Assembly (NCBI GenBank): GCA_944381085.1
Contig: CALWJX010000001.1
Coordinates: forward strand, 83,428 to 147,427
Length of the DNA stretch: 64,000 nucleotides
From: an uncultured Clostridia bacterium
GTDB taxonomy: Bacteria > Bacillota > Clostridia > Oscillospirales > CAG-272
Reading direction: 5' to 3'
The notes below the pieces were generated by a model, which was given only the letters and a program-made list of their open reading frames with translations, was not told where the DNA came from and did no database searches. The position numbers were made by a program, and so were the translations under genes. This document shows positions 49,399 through 57,668 of this stretch, in pieces; the first letter of the stretch is position 1, and each line of letters starts with the position of its first letter.

Positions 49399-50430
49399 AT
49401 GAAAAGAAAATATATAATTATATTGGTAATATCAATAGCGGTTATATTAGTGGCTGCTGCCATAGTAAGCGTTATATTAATTATGAACAGGAGTAAAGAG
49501 CCCGGTGAAGAAACAAATACGGGGACACAGCAAGGTGAACCGCCACCGATAACCGGATGCGGAGTGGTATCAGATGACGGCAAATATGTCTTTTCATTTC
49601 CTAAATATTGTTATGATAAACAATGGATTTTGACAAGATCTAATATGTATGTCGGATGCTACAACTTTGTTTTTTCCAAGGAAGAGATAACGGATTATGA
49701 ATTGCTTGATGTGTACGGTCAGAATGTCGATATGATAGAGTTTGAGTCGGGATTATATTTAGTAGACGGTTATGAGAAGCGTGGTGAATACGGGTATTTA
49801 TATGATATGGCATTCTCTACATTTAATACAGAGGAGATGAATCCGTATAAGAGATATCCGGAACTAATCGGTAAGGATATAATAATTGAGGGAATCATAA
49901 TCAGAATTAACGGCAAGGAGTACAATATAAAACGGGAGGTAGACGCCGAATTCAGAAATGTAATATTGCAAGAAGGCGAAATACAATCTGCTATTATTGC
50001 TCATATTGATTATGATCCGAATGACCCGGAGAGAGGCAAACACGGCTTTATAATGCATTCCGGAGAGGATCTATTGCTGCATGAAATCGGAATATATGAT
50101 TATTTTAACATAAAATTGAAAGAAGTATATAAGTTGGATCTGATAACACATGAAAACGGTATGCAAAGCGATGTTACATTATATCTCGGTATGGCGGAAG
50201 ATATTTTCCCGTTGCAGGTCAAAGCGGGAGAGACTTACGAAGTAAAGTATGAAATAAGTTATAAGTACGATGATCCGGAGAAGCAGCCGATAAGAGCATG
50301 GGTTGATACTTACAGTGTTTATGAATATGACGGGAAAAAATATCAAAGTTCTGCCGGTATACTTTTTTATCATGATATATATGACCCCGAAATATTAGCT
50401 GACGATATACTGGGAGAAGATTACAGGTAA
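49399..50430 (+). CDS. Membrane-anchored paralog 3 (type A N-half, B-like C-half, 343 aa)
   Basis: Same architecture. ATG 49399 is positioned as in paralog 2. Confidence 0.8.
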   Translation: MKRKYIIILVISIAVILVAAAIVSVILIMNRSKEPGEETNTGTQQGEPPPITGCGVVSDDGKYVFSFPKYCYDKQWILTRSNMYVGCYNFVFSKEEITDYELLDVYGQNVDMIEFESGLYLVDGYEKRGEYGYLYDMAFSTFNTEEMNPYKRYPELIGKDIIIEGIIIRINGKEYNIKREVDAEFRNVILQEGEIQSAIIAHIDYDPNDPERGKHGFIMHSGEDLLLHEIGIYDYFNIKLKEVYKLDLITHENGMQSDVTLYLGMAEDIFPLQVKAGETYEVKYEISYKYDDPEKQPIRAWVDTYSVYEYDGKKYQSSAGILFYHDIYDPEILADDILGEDYR

Positions 50431-50476
50431 ATAAGACGCAAAACAAACGGAATAAAAAAGAGGGGCAGCGGTGAAT

Positions 50477-51496
50477 ATGAAAAGAAAGTATATAATTATA
50501 TTGGTAATATCAATAGCGGTTATATTGGTGGCTGCTGCCATAGTAAGCGTTATATTAATAACGAACAAGAGTAAAGAACCCAGCGAGGAGACAGATACAC
50601 AAAAAGGAGAGCCTCAGCAAATTACCGGGTGTGGAGTGGTATCAGATGACGAAAAATTTGTTTTTTCTTTTCCGAAATATTGTTATGATAGACAAATGGT
50701 TATAAAAAATTCAAACATGTATATAGGATGTTTCAACTTTGTTTTTTCAAAGGAAGAGATAACGGATTATGAATTACTTAATGTATATGGTCAGAACGTC
50801 GATATGATTGAATTCAAATCGGAGGTTTATCCTATAGAGGGCTATGAAAAGCGCGGTGAATATGGGTATTTATATGACATGGCATTCTCTACATATAATA
50901 CCGAGGAAATAAATCCGTATCTAAGATATCCCGAACTTGAGGGCAAGGATATAATAATTGAAGGTATCGTTATGCGGATTAACGGCAAGGAGTACAATAT
51001 AGAACGGCAAGTGGATGCTATTAATGAACCGGTAAAATTAAAACAAGGAGAATTATTAACTCCGGTTTCTACCATAATTAATTATGACCCTACTCAAAAA
51101 CCTGATAAACGTTTTATTTTTGATGCTCATGACGATGTAGTATTATATGGATTATGTGTATATGATTACTTTGAATTGAAGATAAAAGAAGTATATAAAA
51201 CAGACATAATAACGCATGAAAACGGTATGCAAAGTGATGTAACGGTGTATCTCGGAAAAGCAGAAGATATATTTCCGCTGAAAGTAAAAGCCGGTGACAC
51301 ATACGAAGCGACATATGAAATAAGTTATAAGTATGATGATCCGGCGAAGCAACCAATAAGAGCATGGATAGATATGTACAGTGTTTATGAATATGAGGGA
51401 GAAAAATATGAAAGTTACGGGGGAACATTGTACTATCATGATACATACGACCCTGAAATATTGGCGGACGATATACTGGGAGAAGATTACAGGTAG
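50477..51496 (+). CDS. Membrane-anchored paralog 4 (type B, 339 aa)
   Basis: Same architecture, ATG 50477. Confidence 0.8.
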   Translation: MKRKYIIILVISIAVILVAAAIVSVILITNKSKEPSEETDTQKGEPQQITGCGVVSDDEKFVFSFPKYCYDRQMVIKNSNMYIGCFNFVFSKEEITDYELLNVYGQNVDMIEFKSEVYPIEGYEKRGEYGYLYDMAFSTYNTEEINPYLRYPELEGKDIIIEGIVMRINGKEYNIERQVDAINEPVKLKQGELLTPVSTIINYDPTQKPDKRFIFDAHDDVVLYGLCVYDYFELKIKEVYKTDIITHENGMQSDVTVYLGKAEDIFPLKVKAGDTYEATYEISYKYDDPAKQPIRAWIDMYSVYEYEGEKYESYGGTLYYHDTYDPEILADDILGEDYR

Positions 51497-51514
51497 ATTG
51501 AGGAGGAATGTAAT

Positions 51515-52381
51515 TTGAAAAGACGTGTGTTTATAGTATTTGTAATGCTTGCGGCTTTGGCGGTTCTGGCGCTCACAGGGTGCAAGAAACAAGAAAATCC
51601 CAATTCGCAGGAAACCGAGACCGAAAGCGGAATTATTGGCAAAACGGTTCTAACAAGACAAAACATTCCGAACACGGTTGTATATCAAGCGAGAATATCC
51701 GACGAGAATCCCGAAGTCTATGAAAAGAGAGAAATATACAAAGGTATAGATATAGATGAAGTGACGGCAGAGCCGTTGCAGCTGTTGAAACCTGACTCCG
51801 TATTGAACAGCTATTCCGCAAATAAAGTGTTGTTCGGGTACGACGGTATATTTGTGGGAGCAGAGGAGAGTACGGAAGGTGTGATTGTTACATATCTTGA
51901 TGTAAATAAGCTGTATATTGACGTCCCGGTTGAATACGGCACTGTCGATATGTTGAGGTTTTGTTCCGGCATGACGGTTTTTTCATCAGTGCCGGGAAGG
52001 TCATCCGGGGGATATGATACCGAAATAATATCGATAGGTTATGTTATGTCCGAAGACGGAAAATTAAATGTGCGCTTCAAGGCGCCTTACGGTCTTCTGC
52101 CCGGCGAAAATGTCAGGGTTGAACTGAAAATCGGTATGAGAGAAAACATACTTGCAATAGAAAAAGACTATTTGTATGAATCCGCGGGCAAGAGCGGCGT
52201 TTATATCCTTGAGGGCGAAGAGTATAAGTTCTATCAGATAGCGGTATTGTCGGAATTTCAGGTTTACAATAACGGTGTTTATACGGATTATGTTGAGATT
52301 TCCGGTATTGATGAGGGAACCGAGATATACCGGCTTTCAGAGGACAAATTCAGAGACGATATAGAGAAAATATTTGAATGA
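51515..52381 (+). CDS. Lipoprotein, HlyD/MacA-like periplasmic adaptor lacking a long coiled coil
   Basis: Lipobox LALTGC. The C-terminal pattern GENVRVELKIG...ILAIEKDYLYESAGKSGVYILEGEEYKFYQIAV resembles the beta-barrel/membrane-proximal domains of membrane-fusion proteins. Confidence 0.55.
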   Translation: MKRRVFIVFVMLAALAVLALTGCKKQENPNSQETETESGIIGKTVLTRQNIPNTVVYQARISDENPEVYEKREIYKGIDIDEVTAEPLQLLKPDSVLNSYSANKVLFGYDGIFVGAEESTEGVIVTYLDVNKLYIDVPVEYGTVDMLRFCSGMTVFSSVPGRSSGGYDTEIISIGYVMSEDGKLNVRFKAPYGLLPGENVRVELKIGMRENILAIEKDYLYESAGKSGVYILEGEEYKFYQIAVLSEFQVYNNGVYTDYVEISGIDEGTEIYRLSEDKFRDDIEKIFE

Positions 52382-52488
52382 ATTGTCCATGTACTTGATT
52401 GAAGTTTAAGAGTCAGAATTGATTTTTTAGTCTGCATAATGCATAACATAATTTTTGATTGTGCTTTTGCTGACAGAACGGAACAGAT

Positions 52489-53166
52489 ATGAGTGAAAAG
52501 ATAATATCTTTAAAAGATATCCGCAAAACTTACGACGGCAAAAAATATGTGCTTGACCGGCTTGACTTCAGTATCGAAAGAGGAGAACTCGCGGTCATTA
52601 CCGGAAAATCCGGGTCGGGTAAGAGCACGCTAATGAACATAATAGGATTGCTTGATACTTTTGACGCGGGAATTTATATGTTTGAAGGAGAGTCAATTGA
52701 CGTAAAGCGTAAAAGTTATTCGCGTCTGAGGGGCGGCAAAATAGGATTCATATTTCAGTCTTATTATCTTATAGAGAGCCTTTCGGTAAGCGACAATATA
52801 TTGATGCCCTTATTGTATTCCGACAAGAAAAAAATTGAAAAAAGCACTATAGATAAAATGAATTCCTGTCTTGAGGAATATGGTCTGTACGATTACAGAA
52901 ATAAAAAAACCGCCCTGCTTTCCGGGGGCGAGAAGCAGAGAGTCGCGGTGGCAAGAGCTTTAATAAAGGACCCTGACTTAATAATTGCCGATGAACCTAC
53001 GGGGAACCTTGACCGTGAGAACGGGTCATTGATAAAAAAGTCTCTTGTCAGACAGACCGAGCTCGGCAAATCGGTAATAATAGTCACGCACAATAAAGAT
53101 TTGTTTTCCGACGCCCCAAGTATGTATATGTTGTCTGACGGAAGGCTGGAGGCAATAAATGAATAA
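52489..53166 (+). CDS. ABC transporter ATP-binding protein (MacB/LolD/FtsE type)
   Basis: GKSGSGKSTL, LSGGEKQRVAVARAL, IIADEPTGNLD. Confidence 0.9.
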   Translation: MSEKIISLKDIRKTYDGKKYVLDRLDFSIERGELAVITGKSGSGKSTLMNIIGLLDTFDAGIYMFEGESIDVKRKSYSRLRGGKIGFIFQSYYLIESLSVSDNILMPLLYSDKKKIEKSTIDKMNSCLEEYGLYDYRNKKTALLSGGEKQRVAVARALIKDPDLIIADEPTGNLDRENGSLIKKSLVRQTELGKSVIIVTHNKDLFSDAPSMYMLSDGRLEAINE

Positions 53167-54547
53167 GCGTTTTTTATATTTAAAGCAGCTTTTGACGCTG
53201 ATGACGGCATCAAAAATACGTCTTGTTTTGATCTTCGCGGGAGTTTTTGCCGGAATTTTTTTGCTTTCATTGGGAAATCTCCTGATAAGCTCGTATTATG
53301 ATTCCAAGATGGCGGACATAATGCAGGTTCCCTCAAATGTCGTAGAGGTGTATGTCAGCGAGGAACTTAATGATATTGATAAAGAAAATATGCTGTTTGT
53401 CGAGCCTTTTGAAAAAAGCTGTCAAGTAGTCAGAGCCGGATACTCCGTATCTGAAAACCGGGGAATATTTGTCGACCGTCTGGCTGTGAACCCGTCGAAA
53501 AGTGTAAACGTAAGTCTTGATGTGTGTTTCACCGATGATGAGAATATTGTTTTTGTACAGAATGATAATTTTGAAAATATAGTGATAGAGGCGGAAATAA
53601 TAAAGGGAAGGGGGTTCAGTGAGGATGAGATAAAATCAGGCGCCCCGGTCATTATTATAGATGAGGCTTCGGCGTTTATGCTTTTCGGAGAGGATGACCC
53701 TATAGGGCAGACTGTTGATTTGGGAAATCATGAGGTTTTGGGACTTGAAACCCCGGACCCCGATACCGGAAAGTATTTTACGGATAAAAATCCTTTTACG
53801 GTAATCGGCGTATATAAAAACAATTTAAAGACCGAGCAGAATATAATGGATTTCAAATCCGATTATTACGGCGAGGGCAAATATGTAGGGGATATCGTGA
53901 TAAATTCATTTACCTCGTTTGCCTCGGTGCCTTATAATGCAGGCGAAGCCGCTTATCGCTTGGGCAGTTCAAGAGCCATGGACTATTCATATGTTTATGT
54001 TTTTGAAAATGAAAAAGACGCGGATAATTTCGCCGACATATTCAGAAACGAGTATTCAGAATATTTGATGAATACTTATGCGGTAAACACAGAGGTAAGC
54101 ACACGGCGTATTTTGACCGAGCAGTTGGACGGCGAGCTTGCTCCGCTTAAGCTCTTTCTCAATGCCGCTGTAATCTCACTGATAGCTATTTCCGGTATTT
54201 GCAATGTCGCGGTAGTTATATTCAATACAAAAGAGCGGTTTACCGAAATAGGAATAAGGAAGACATACGGGGCGGGCAGCTCGCAGATCATATGTCAGAT
54301 AATACTTGAAAATCTTATGGTTTCGGTTGTTGCCTCGGTTTTCGCCGTTATTGTCAGCATTTTAGCGGGATATCTGATTTCGGGATATATACAGGATGTA
54401 TTTAGTGTATTGTTTGATATTAATGTCAAACCGGGCACGGTTTTGCTCCCGTTGTTTGCCGGGGCTGCCGAGGGAATAGTATTCGGACTTATACCGGCAG
54501 TCTGGGCGTCAAAGGCAAAGATTGCGGATATACTTAAGTTTGAATAA
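53159..54547 (+). CDS. ABC transporter permease, FtsX/MacB-like
   Basis: N-terminal TM, a large extracytoplasmic domain, then three C-terminal TMs with IGIRKTYGAGSSQI. Overlaps the ATPase gene by 8 nt. Confidence 0.85.
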   Translation: MNKRFLYLKQLLTLMTASKIRLVLIFAGVFAGIFLLSLGNLLISSYYDSKMADIMQVPSNVVEVYVSEELNDIDKENMLFVEPFEKSCQVVRAGYSVSENRGIFVDRLAVNPSKSVNVSLDVCFTDDENIVFVQNDNFENIVIEAEIIKGRGFSEDEIKSGAPVIIIDEASAFMLFGEDDPIGQTVDLGNHEVLGLETPDPDTGKYFTDKNPFTVIGVYKNNLKTEQNIMDFKSDYYGEGKYVGDIVINSFTSFASVPYNAGEAAYRLGSSRAMDYSYVYVFENEKDADNFADIFRNEYSEYLMNTYAVNTEVSTRRILTEQLDGELAPLKLFLNAAVISLIAISGICNVAVVIFNTKERFTEIGIRKTYGAGSSQIICQIILENLMVSVVASVFAVIVSILAGYLISGYIQDVFSVLFDINVKPGTVLLPLFAGAAEGIVFGLIPAVWASKAKIADILKFE

Positions 54548-54654
54548 TCGTTTTGCGAGGTACAGCAAAAGAGGTCAAAAAGCTTAAAAAAGAGAGAAAA
54601 CAGGAGTTATTGGGCATGTAAATTAAAAAATCCGAAAAAACTTGAAAAAAGGTA

Positions 54655-54683
54655 TTGACAAAATTTTCTGTATGTGGTATAAT
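54655..54683 (+). promoter_or_regulatory. Consensus sigma-A promoter of rplM-rpsI
   Basis: TTGACA (54655-54660), 17 nt, extended -10 TGgTATAAT (TATAAT at 54678-54683). Confidence 0.75.
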
Positions 54684-54735
54684 ACACGGGTATGAAAAAT
54701 AAAAGTATGCCTAATAAAGTTGGAGGATAACTAAA

Positions 54736-55164
54736 ATGTCTACATTTATGCAGAAAAAGGAAGCAGTTGTCCGCAAATGGTATGTTATCGACGCGGCGGG
54801 AAAGCCCATGGGTAAAACTGCTGTCGCGGCTGCAAACCTTCTTCGCGGAAAAAACGCTCCCGAATTCACGCCGCATGTCGACTGCGGAAATTTTGTAATA
54901 ATAATCAATGCGGATAAAGCAGTCCTTACGGGAAAGAAGCTTGAGCAGAAATATTACCAGAGACACTCCGGATATATCGGCGGACTTAAGAGTGTTCAGT
55001 ATAAGACACTTATGAGTACCAAGCCGGAATTTGCCATGGAGACAGCAGTAAAGGGAATGCTCCCCAAAAATTCACTCGGCCGTGCCGCTGCAACCAGACT
55101 TAAGGTTTACGCCGGCGACTCTCATAAGCATCAGGCGCAGAAGCCCGAAGCTTACGAGTTTTAA
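54736..55164 (+). CDS. rplM: 50S ribosomal protein L13
   Basis: [13 protein letters not shown]..., 142 aa. Confidence 0.97.
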   Translation: MSTFMQKKEAVVRKWYVIDAAGKPMGKTAVAAANLLRGKNAPEFTPHVDCGNFVIIINADKAVLTGKKLEQKYYQRHSGYIGGLKSVQYKTLMSTKPEFAMETAVKGMLPKNSLGRAAATRLKVYAGDSHKHQAQKPEAYEF

Positions 55165-55190
55165 TTTGATGAAAGGACGGATGTAAACTG

Positions 55191-55592
55191 ATGTATACAA
55201 GTGCTAAACCCTATTTTTACGGAACGGGAAGAAGAAAAAAGTCTGTTGCCCGTGTAAGAGTTTATCCCGGAACAGGTTCAATTACCGTAAACGGAAAGGA
55301 TATTGACGAGTACTTCGGCCTTGAAACACTGAAGCTTATAATTAATCAGCCTTTCGGTGTTACAGGCACGACCGGAAAGTTTGATATAGTTGTTAATGTA
55401 AACGGCGGAGGCATTTCCGGTCAGGCAGGCGCTATCCGCCACGGAATAGCGCGCGCTCTTGTTCTGGCGGATGAGACTTATCGTCCGGCGCTCAAGCAGG
55501 CAGGATTTTTGACCAGAGACCCTCGTATGAAAGAAAGAAAGAAATACGGACTCAAGGCTGCCCGCCGTGCTCCCCAGTTCTCAAAGAGATAA
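55191..55592 (+). CDS. rpsI: 30S ribosomal protein S9
   Basis: [12 protein letters not shown] ... C-terminal RAPQFSKR, 133 aa. Confidence 0.97.
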   Translation: MYTSAKPYFYGTGRRKKSVARVRVYPGTGSITVNGKDIDEYFGLETLKLIINQPFGVTGTTGKFDIVVNVNGGGISGQAGAIRHGIARALVLADETYRPALKQAGFLTRDPRMKERKKYGLKAARRAPQFSKR

Positions 55593-55610
55593 TTATTTTA
55601 TCAATAAATT

Positions 55611-55650
55611 GGCTTGTTTACAAGGTTTTACCTTGTTGCAAGCCTTTTTT
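55611..55650 (+). terminator. Intrinsic terminator after rpsI
   Basis: GGCTTG..ACAAGG tttta CCTTGT.CAAGCC followed by TTTTTT. Confidence 0.8.
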
Positions 55651-55790
55651 GTTTATATAAAAATTTGCCTTATCTTTGTATGCGTTGTTTAAGTAAACCG
55701 ACTCAATCCCTTTTTTGGATATCAACTTTAAAATATTCAGAGATTTGGTTAAATAATAAATACAAATTCCAAAATAAAGAGGACGTTAAT

Positions 55791-56630
55791 ATGGAAAGAA
55801 AAATCAGTATAAATAAAATCAAAAGCTTTGAGAAATTTTTAAAAAATGAGGAGAAAAGCAAAGCGACAATTGAAAAATATATTCGCGATGTGCGATATTT
55901 TGTGAGTTTTATCGGTGACGGCGCGATTGACAAACAATTAGTATTGAATTATAAAAGTGAGCTTGGAAATTCTTACGCCGTAACGAGCGCAAATTCCATG
56001 ATTGCCGCGCTTAATTCTTTTTTACGTTTCTGCGGCTGGCATAGTTTATGCGTAAGGCAATTCAGAGTGCAGAGACAGGCATATTGCTCTGAGGATAAGG
56101 AACTGACAAAAGCCGAATATATTCGTTTGATTGAATCTGCAAAAGAAAAAAACAATCAAAGACTGGGTCTTATTATTCAGACTATTTGCGGTACAGGTAT
56201 CCGGGTGAGCGAATTAGAGCATATAACCGTGGAGGCATTGTATAAAGGAGAGACGGTAGTCAATTGCAAATGCAAAAGCCGCCGTATTTTTATAGTACCC
56301 GAGCTAAAGAAAAAACTGCTCCGGTACGCGAAGGAGCACAATATCAAATCGGGCGCGGTGTTTATTACGAGAAGCGGTAAACCCGTCAGCAGAATTAATA
56401 TATGGCGGCAGATGAAAGACCTGTGCGAGACGGCAAAGGTTTGTCCGAGTAAGGTGTTTCCGCATAATCTGCGGCACTTGTTCGCGAGAACATTTTACAG
56501 CATTGAAAAAGACATAGCCAAACTTGCGGATATTCTCGGTCATTCAAGCATCAACACCACACGTATTTATATAGTTACAACCGGAGCCGAACATAAGCGC
56601 AAAATGGAAAATATGAAACTTATAATATAA
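55791..56630 (+). CDS. Tyrosine-type site-specific recombinase (279 aa)
   Basis: GTGIRVSEL (Arg), HNLRHLFA (H-x-x-R) and LGHSSINTTRIY (His, Tyr nucleophile). ATG 55791 follows AAGAGGA. The track start at 55614 lies inside the rpsI terminator. Confidence 0.85.
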   Translation: MERKISINKIKSFEKFLKNEEKSKATIEKYIRDVRYFVSFIGDGAIDKQLVLNYKSELGNSYAVTSANSMIAALNSFLRFCGWHSLCVRQFRVQRQAYCSEDKELTKAEYIRLIESAKEKNNQRLGLIIQTICGTGIRVSELEHITVEALYKGETVVNCKCKSRRIFIVPELKKKLLRYAKEHNIKSGAVFITRSGKPVSRINIWRQMKDLCETAKVCPSKVFPHNLRHLFARTFYSIEKDIAKLADILGHSSINTTRIYIVTTGAEHKRKMENMKLII

Positions 56631-56661
56631 AAAAATTCCCCGGTACGGAAATGTCGGGAAT

Positions 56662-56681
56662 AACATAACGAGAATTATGTT
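56662..56681 (+). repeat. Recombination core site A: AACATAA-CGAGAA-TTATGTT
   Basis: 7-bp inverted arms around an asymmetric 6-bp spacer, 32 nt after the recombinase stop. Confidence 0.7.
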
Positions 56682-56704
56682 GCATTTAAACTATAGATGT
56701 GTAT

Positions 56705-56733
56705 AGTATACTACATAAATGTAAAAAAGTCAA
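56705..56733 (-). promoter_or_regulatory. Leftward-facing promoter inside the switch
   Basis: Minus strand reads TTGACT (56733-56728), 17 nt, TATACT (56710-56705). In the present orientation it fires toward site A and antisense into the recombinase gene. Confidence 0.5.
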
Positions 56734-56771
56734 CATATTTGGAAAAAATTTTAAAATTTTTTTTGTATAAT

Positions 56772-56820
56772 GAAAAGACCTTTCGATTGATTTTTCAAAA
56801 AAAACATGAAAGGTTTTTTC
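56772..56820. terminator. Central bidirectional hairpin inside the switch
   Basis: AAAAGACCTTTC (56773-56784) pairs with GAAAGGTTTTTT (56808-56819). The A-run/T-run arrangement suits termination in both directions. Confidence 0.5.
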
Positions 56821-56865
56821 GTCACGCTTATTTTATATGAGCATCATTTAAATTATATTACCGAT

Positions 56866-56893
56866 TTGACGGATTGTTTACATATTTTATAAC
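56866..56893 (+). promoter_or_regulatory. Rightward-facing promoter at the right edge of the switch
   Basis: TTGACG (56866-56871), 16 nt, TATAAC (56888-56893). The -10 element runs into site B. Confidence 0.45.
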
Positions 56894-56910
56894 ATAATTC
56901 TCGTTATGTT
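56891..56910 (-). repeat. Recombination core site B: AACATAA-TTCTCG-TTATGTT (exact reverse complement of site A)
   Basis: 20/20 identity to site A in inverted orientation, 229 bp from A. Confidence 0.7.
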
Positions 56911-56967
56911 GTTATCGTCTCGGTGTACTTGCATCGGGCATTTATTTATATTGAAAATCAATTTCAC

Positions 56968-56986
56968 AACATAATTCTCGTTATGT
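56968..56986 (-). repeat. Recombination core site C: AACATAA-TTCTCG-TTATGT(a)
   Basis: 19/20 identity to site B in the same orientation as B, 77 bp from B and 306 bp from A. Confidence 0.65.
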
Positions 56987-57097
56987 AATATCCGATAAAT
57001 CAAAATTATACTTAATTCGACAATAATTCCGTTTGATAGGATTTCGGTAGTCATACCGATTCTATATAAAAATTTTTAAAGAAAGAAAGGAAAAAAC

Positions 57098-57619
57098 ATG
57101 AAAAACAGAAGAATTATTCTCATTTCGTTCCTGTTGGTCACTACGCTCTGTATGGGAATTGGTTATGCGGAACTTCAGGACACTCTTAGTGTTAAAGGTA
57201 ATGGATCGGTTGAAGCTGAATCTGCTGAGGTTGCTCTTGATGCGGATGTATATTTTTCTAATGCGCAAGCAACAAATGCGACCGATACAGCATCAATATC
57301 TGACGACAATGACAATGACAATGACACGGCAACATTTACAGTTAATTCACTTCAAGGCAAAGATGATAGTGCCACATTTACTTTTACAATAATAAATGAT
57401 GGCGACCTTCCTGTCTCTATACCCAAACCTACAATAACAGACCCTGAGGATTATTTTGATATTACAACAGATTGGGGTGAAGAGGCAAAAGAGTTAGAAG
57501 GTGGTGGCGCTACATTGACATTTACAGTAACCGTTACACTTAATGCAACTCCTACAGAGACTGTTACAATGAGTGCGTCTACGATTTCATTTACCGCAAC
57601 CGCAGGTGGAACACAATAA
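57098..57619 (+). CDS. Small secreted protein with SipW-cognate-like signal peptide (TasA/BsaA-like candidate subunit)
   Basis: MKNRRIILISFLLVTTLCMGIGYAELQDTLSVKGNGSV. The rest is T/D-rich and beta-strand-like, 173 aa. Shares an N-terminal motif with the 60390 gene. Confidence 0.7.
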   Translation: MKNRRIILISFLLVTTLCMGIGYAELQDTLSVKGNGSVEAESAEVALDADVYFSNAQATNATDTASISDDNDNDNDTATFTVNSLQGKDDSATFTFTIINDGDLPVSIPKPTITDPEDYFDITTDWGEEAKELEGGGATLTFTVTVTLNATPTETVTMSASTISFTATAGGTQ

Positions 57620-57668
57620 TAAATGCCATTTTGCACTGCAATAAGTAATTAGCCACAAGGAGGATAAA

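Larger units (their letters stand above)
47257..51496 (+). repeat. Tandem array of four ~1.07-kb gene copies with a 2142-bp two-gene period
   Basis: Starts 47257/49399 and 48335/50477, and stops 48288/50430 and 49354/51496, are each exactly 2142 bp apart. The intergenic RBS regions are also conserved. Confidence 0.9.
56662..56986. mobile_element. Candidate invertible DNA switch (inverton) with nested alternative right ends
   Basis: Site A is inverted relative to sites B and C. A tyrosine recombinase gene is adjacent. Promoter-like elements and a terminator lie inside, and an operon lies immediately downstream. Confidence 0.6.

Noticed and set aside
47257-51496. IS element or transposon array as an explanation for the ~1.07-kb repeats
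   Set aside because: There are no transposase motifs and no terminal inverted repeats. The repeats coincide exactly with complete membrane-anchored protein genes and their RBS regions.
52420-52470. An AACATAA half-site upstream of the ABC ATPase gene, as a possible fourth recombinase target
   Set aside because: Only one 7-bp arm matches, with no spacer or second arm. That is expected by chance in AT-rich DNA.
55614-55790. N-terminal 59-aa extension of the recombinase ORF in the track
   Set aside because: The extension begins inside the rpsI terminator hairpin and has no RBS. ATG 55791 is preceded by AAGAGGA and gives a normal-length tyrosine recombinase.
55791-56630. Prophage or integrative-element integrase
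   Set aside because: No phage, conjugation or excisionase genes and no tRNA attachment site are nearby. Closely spaced inverted core sites next to the gene fit an invertase better.
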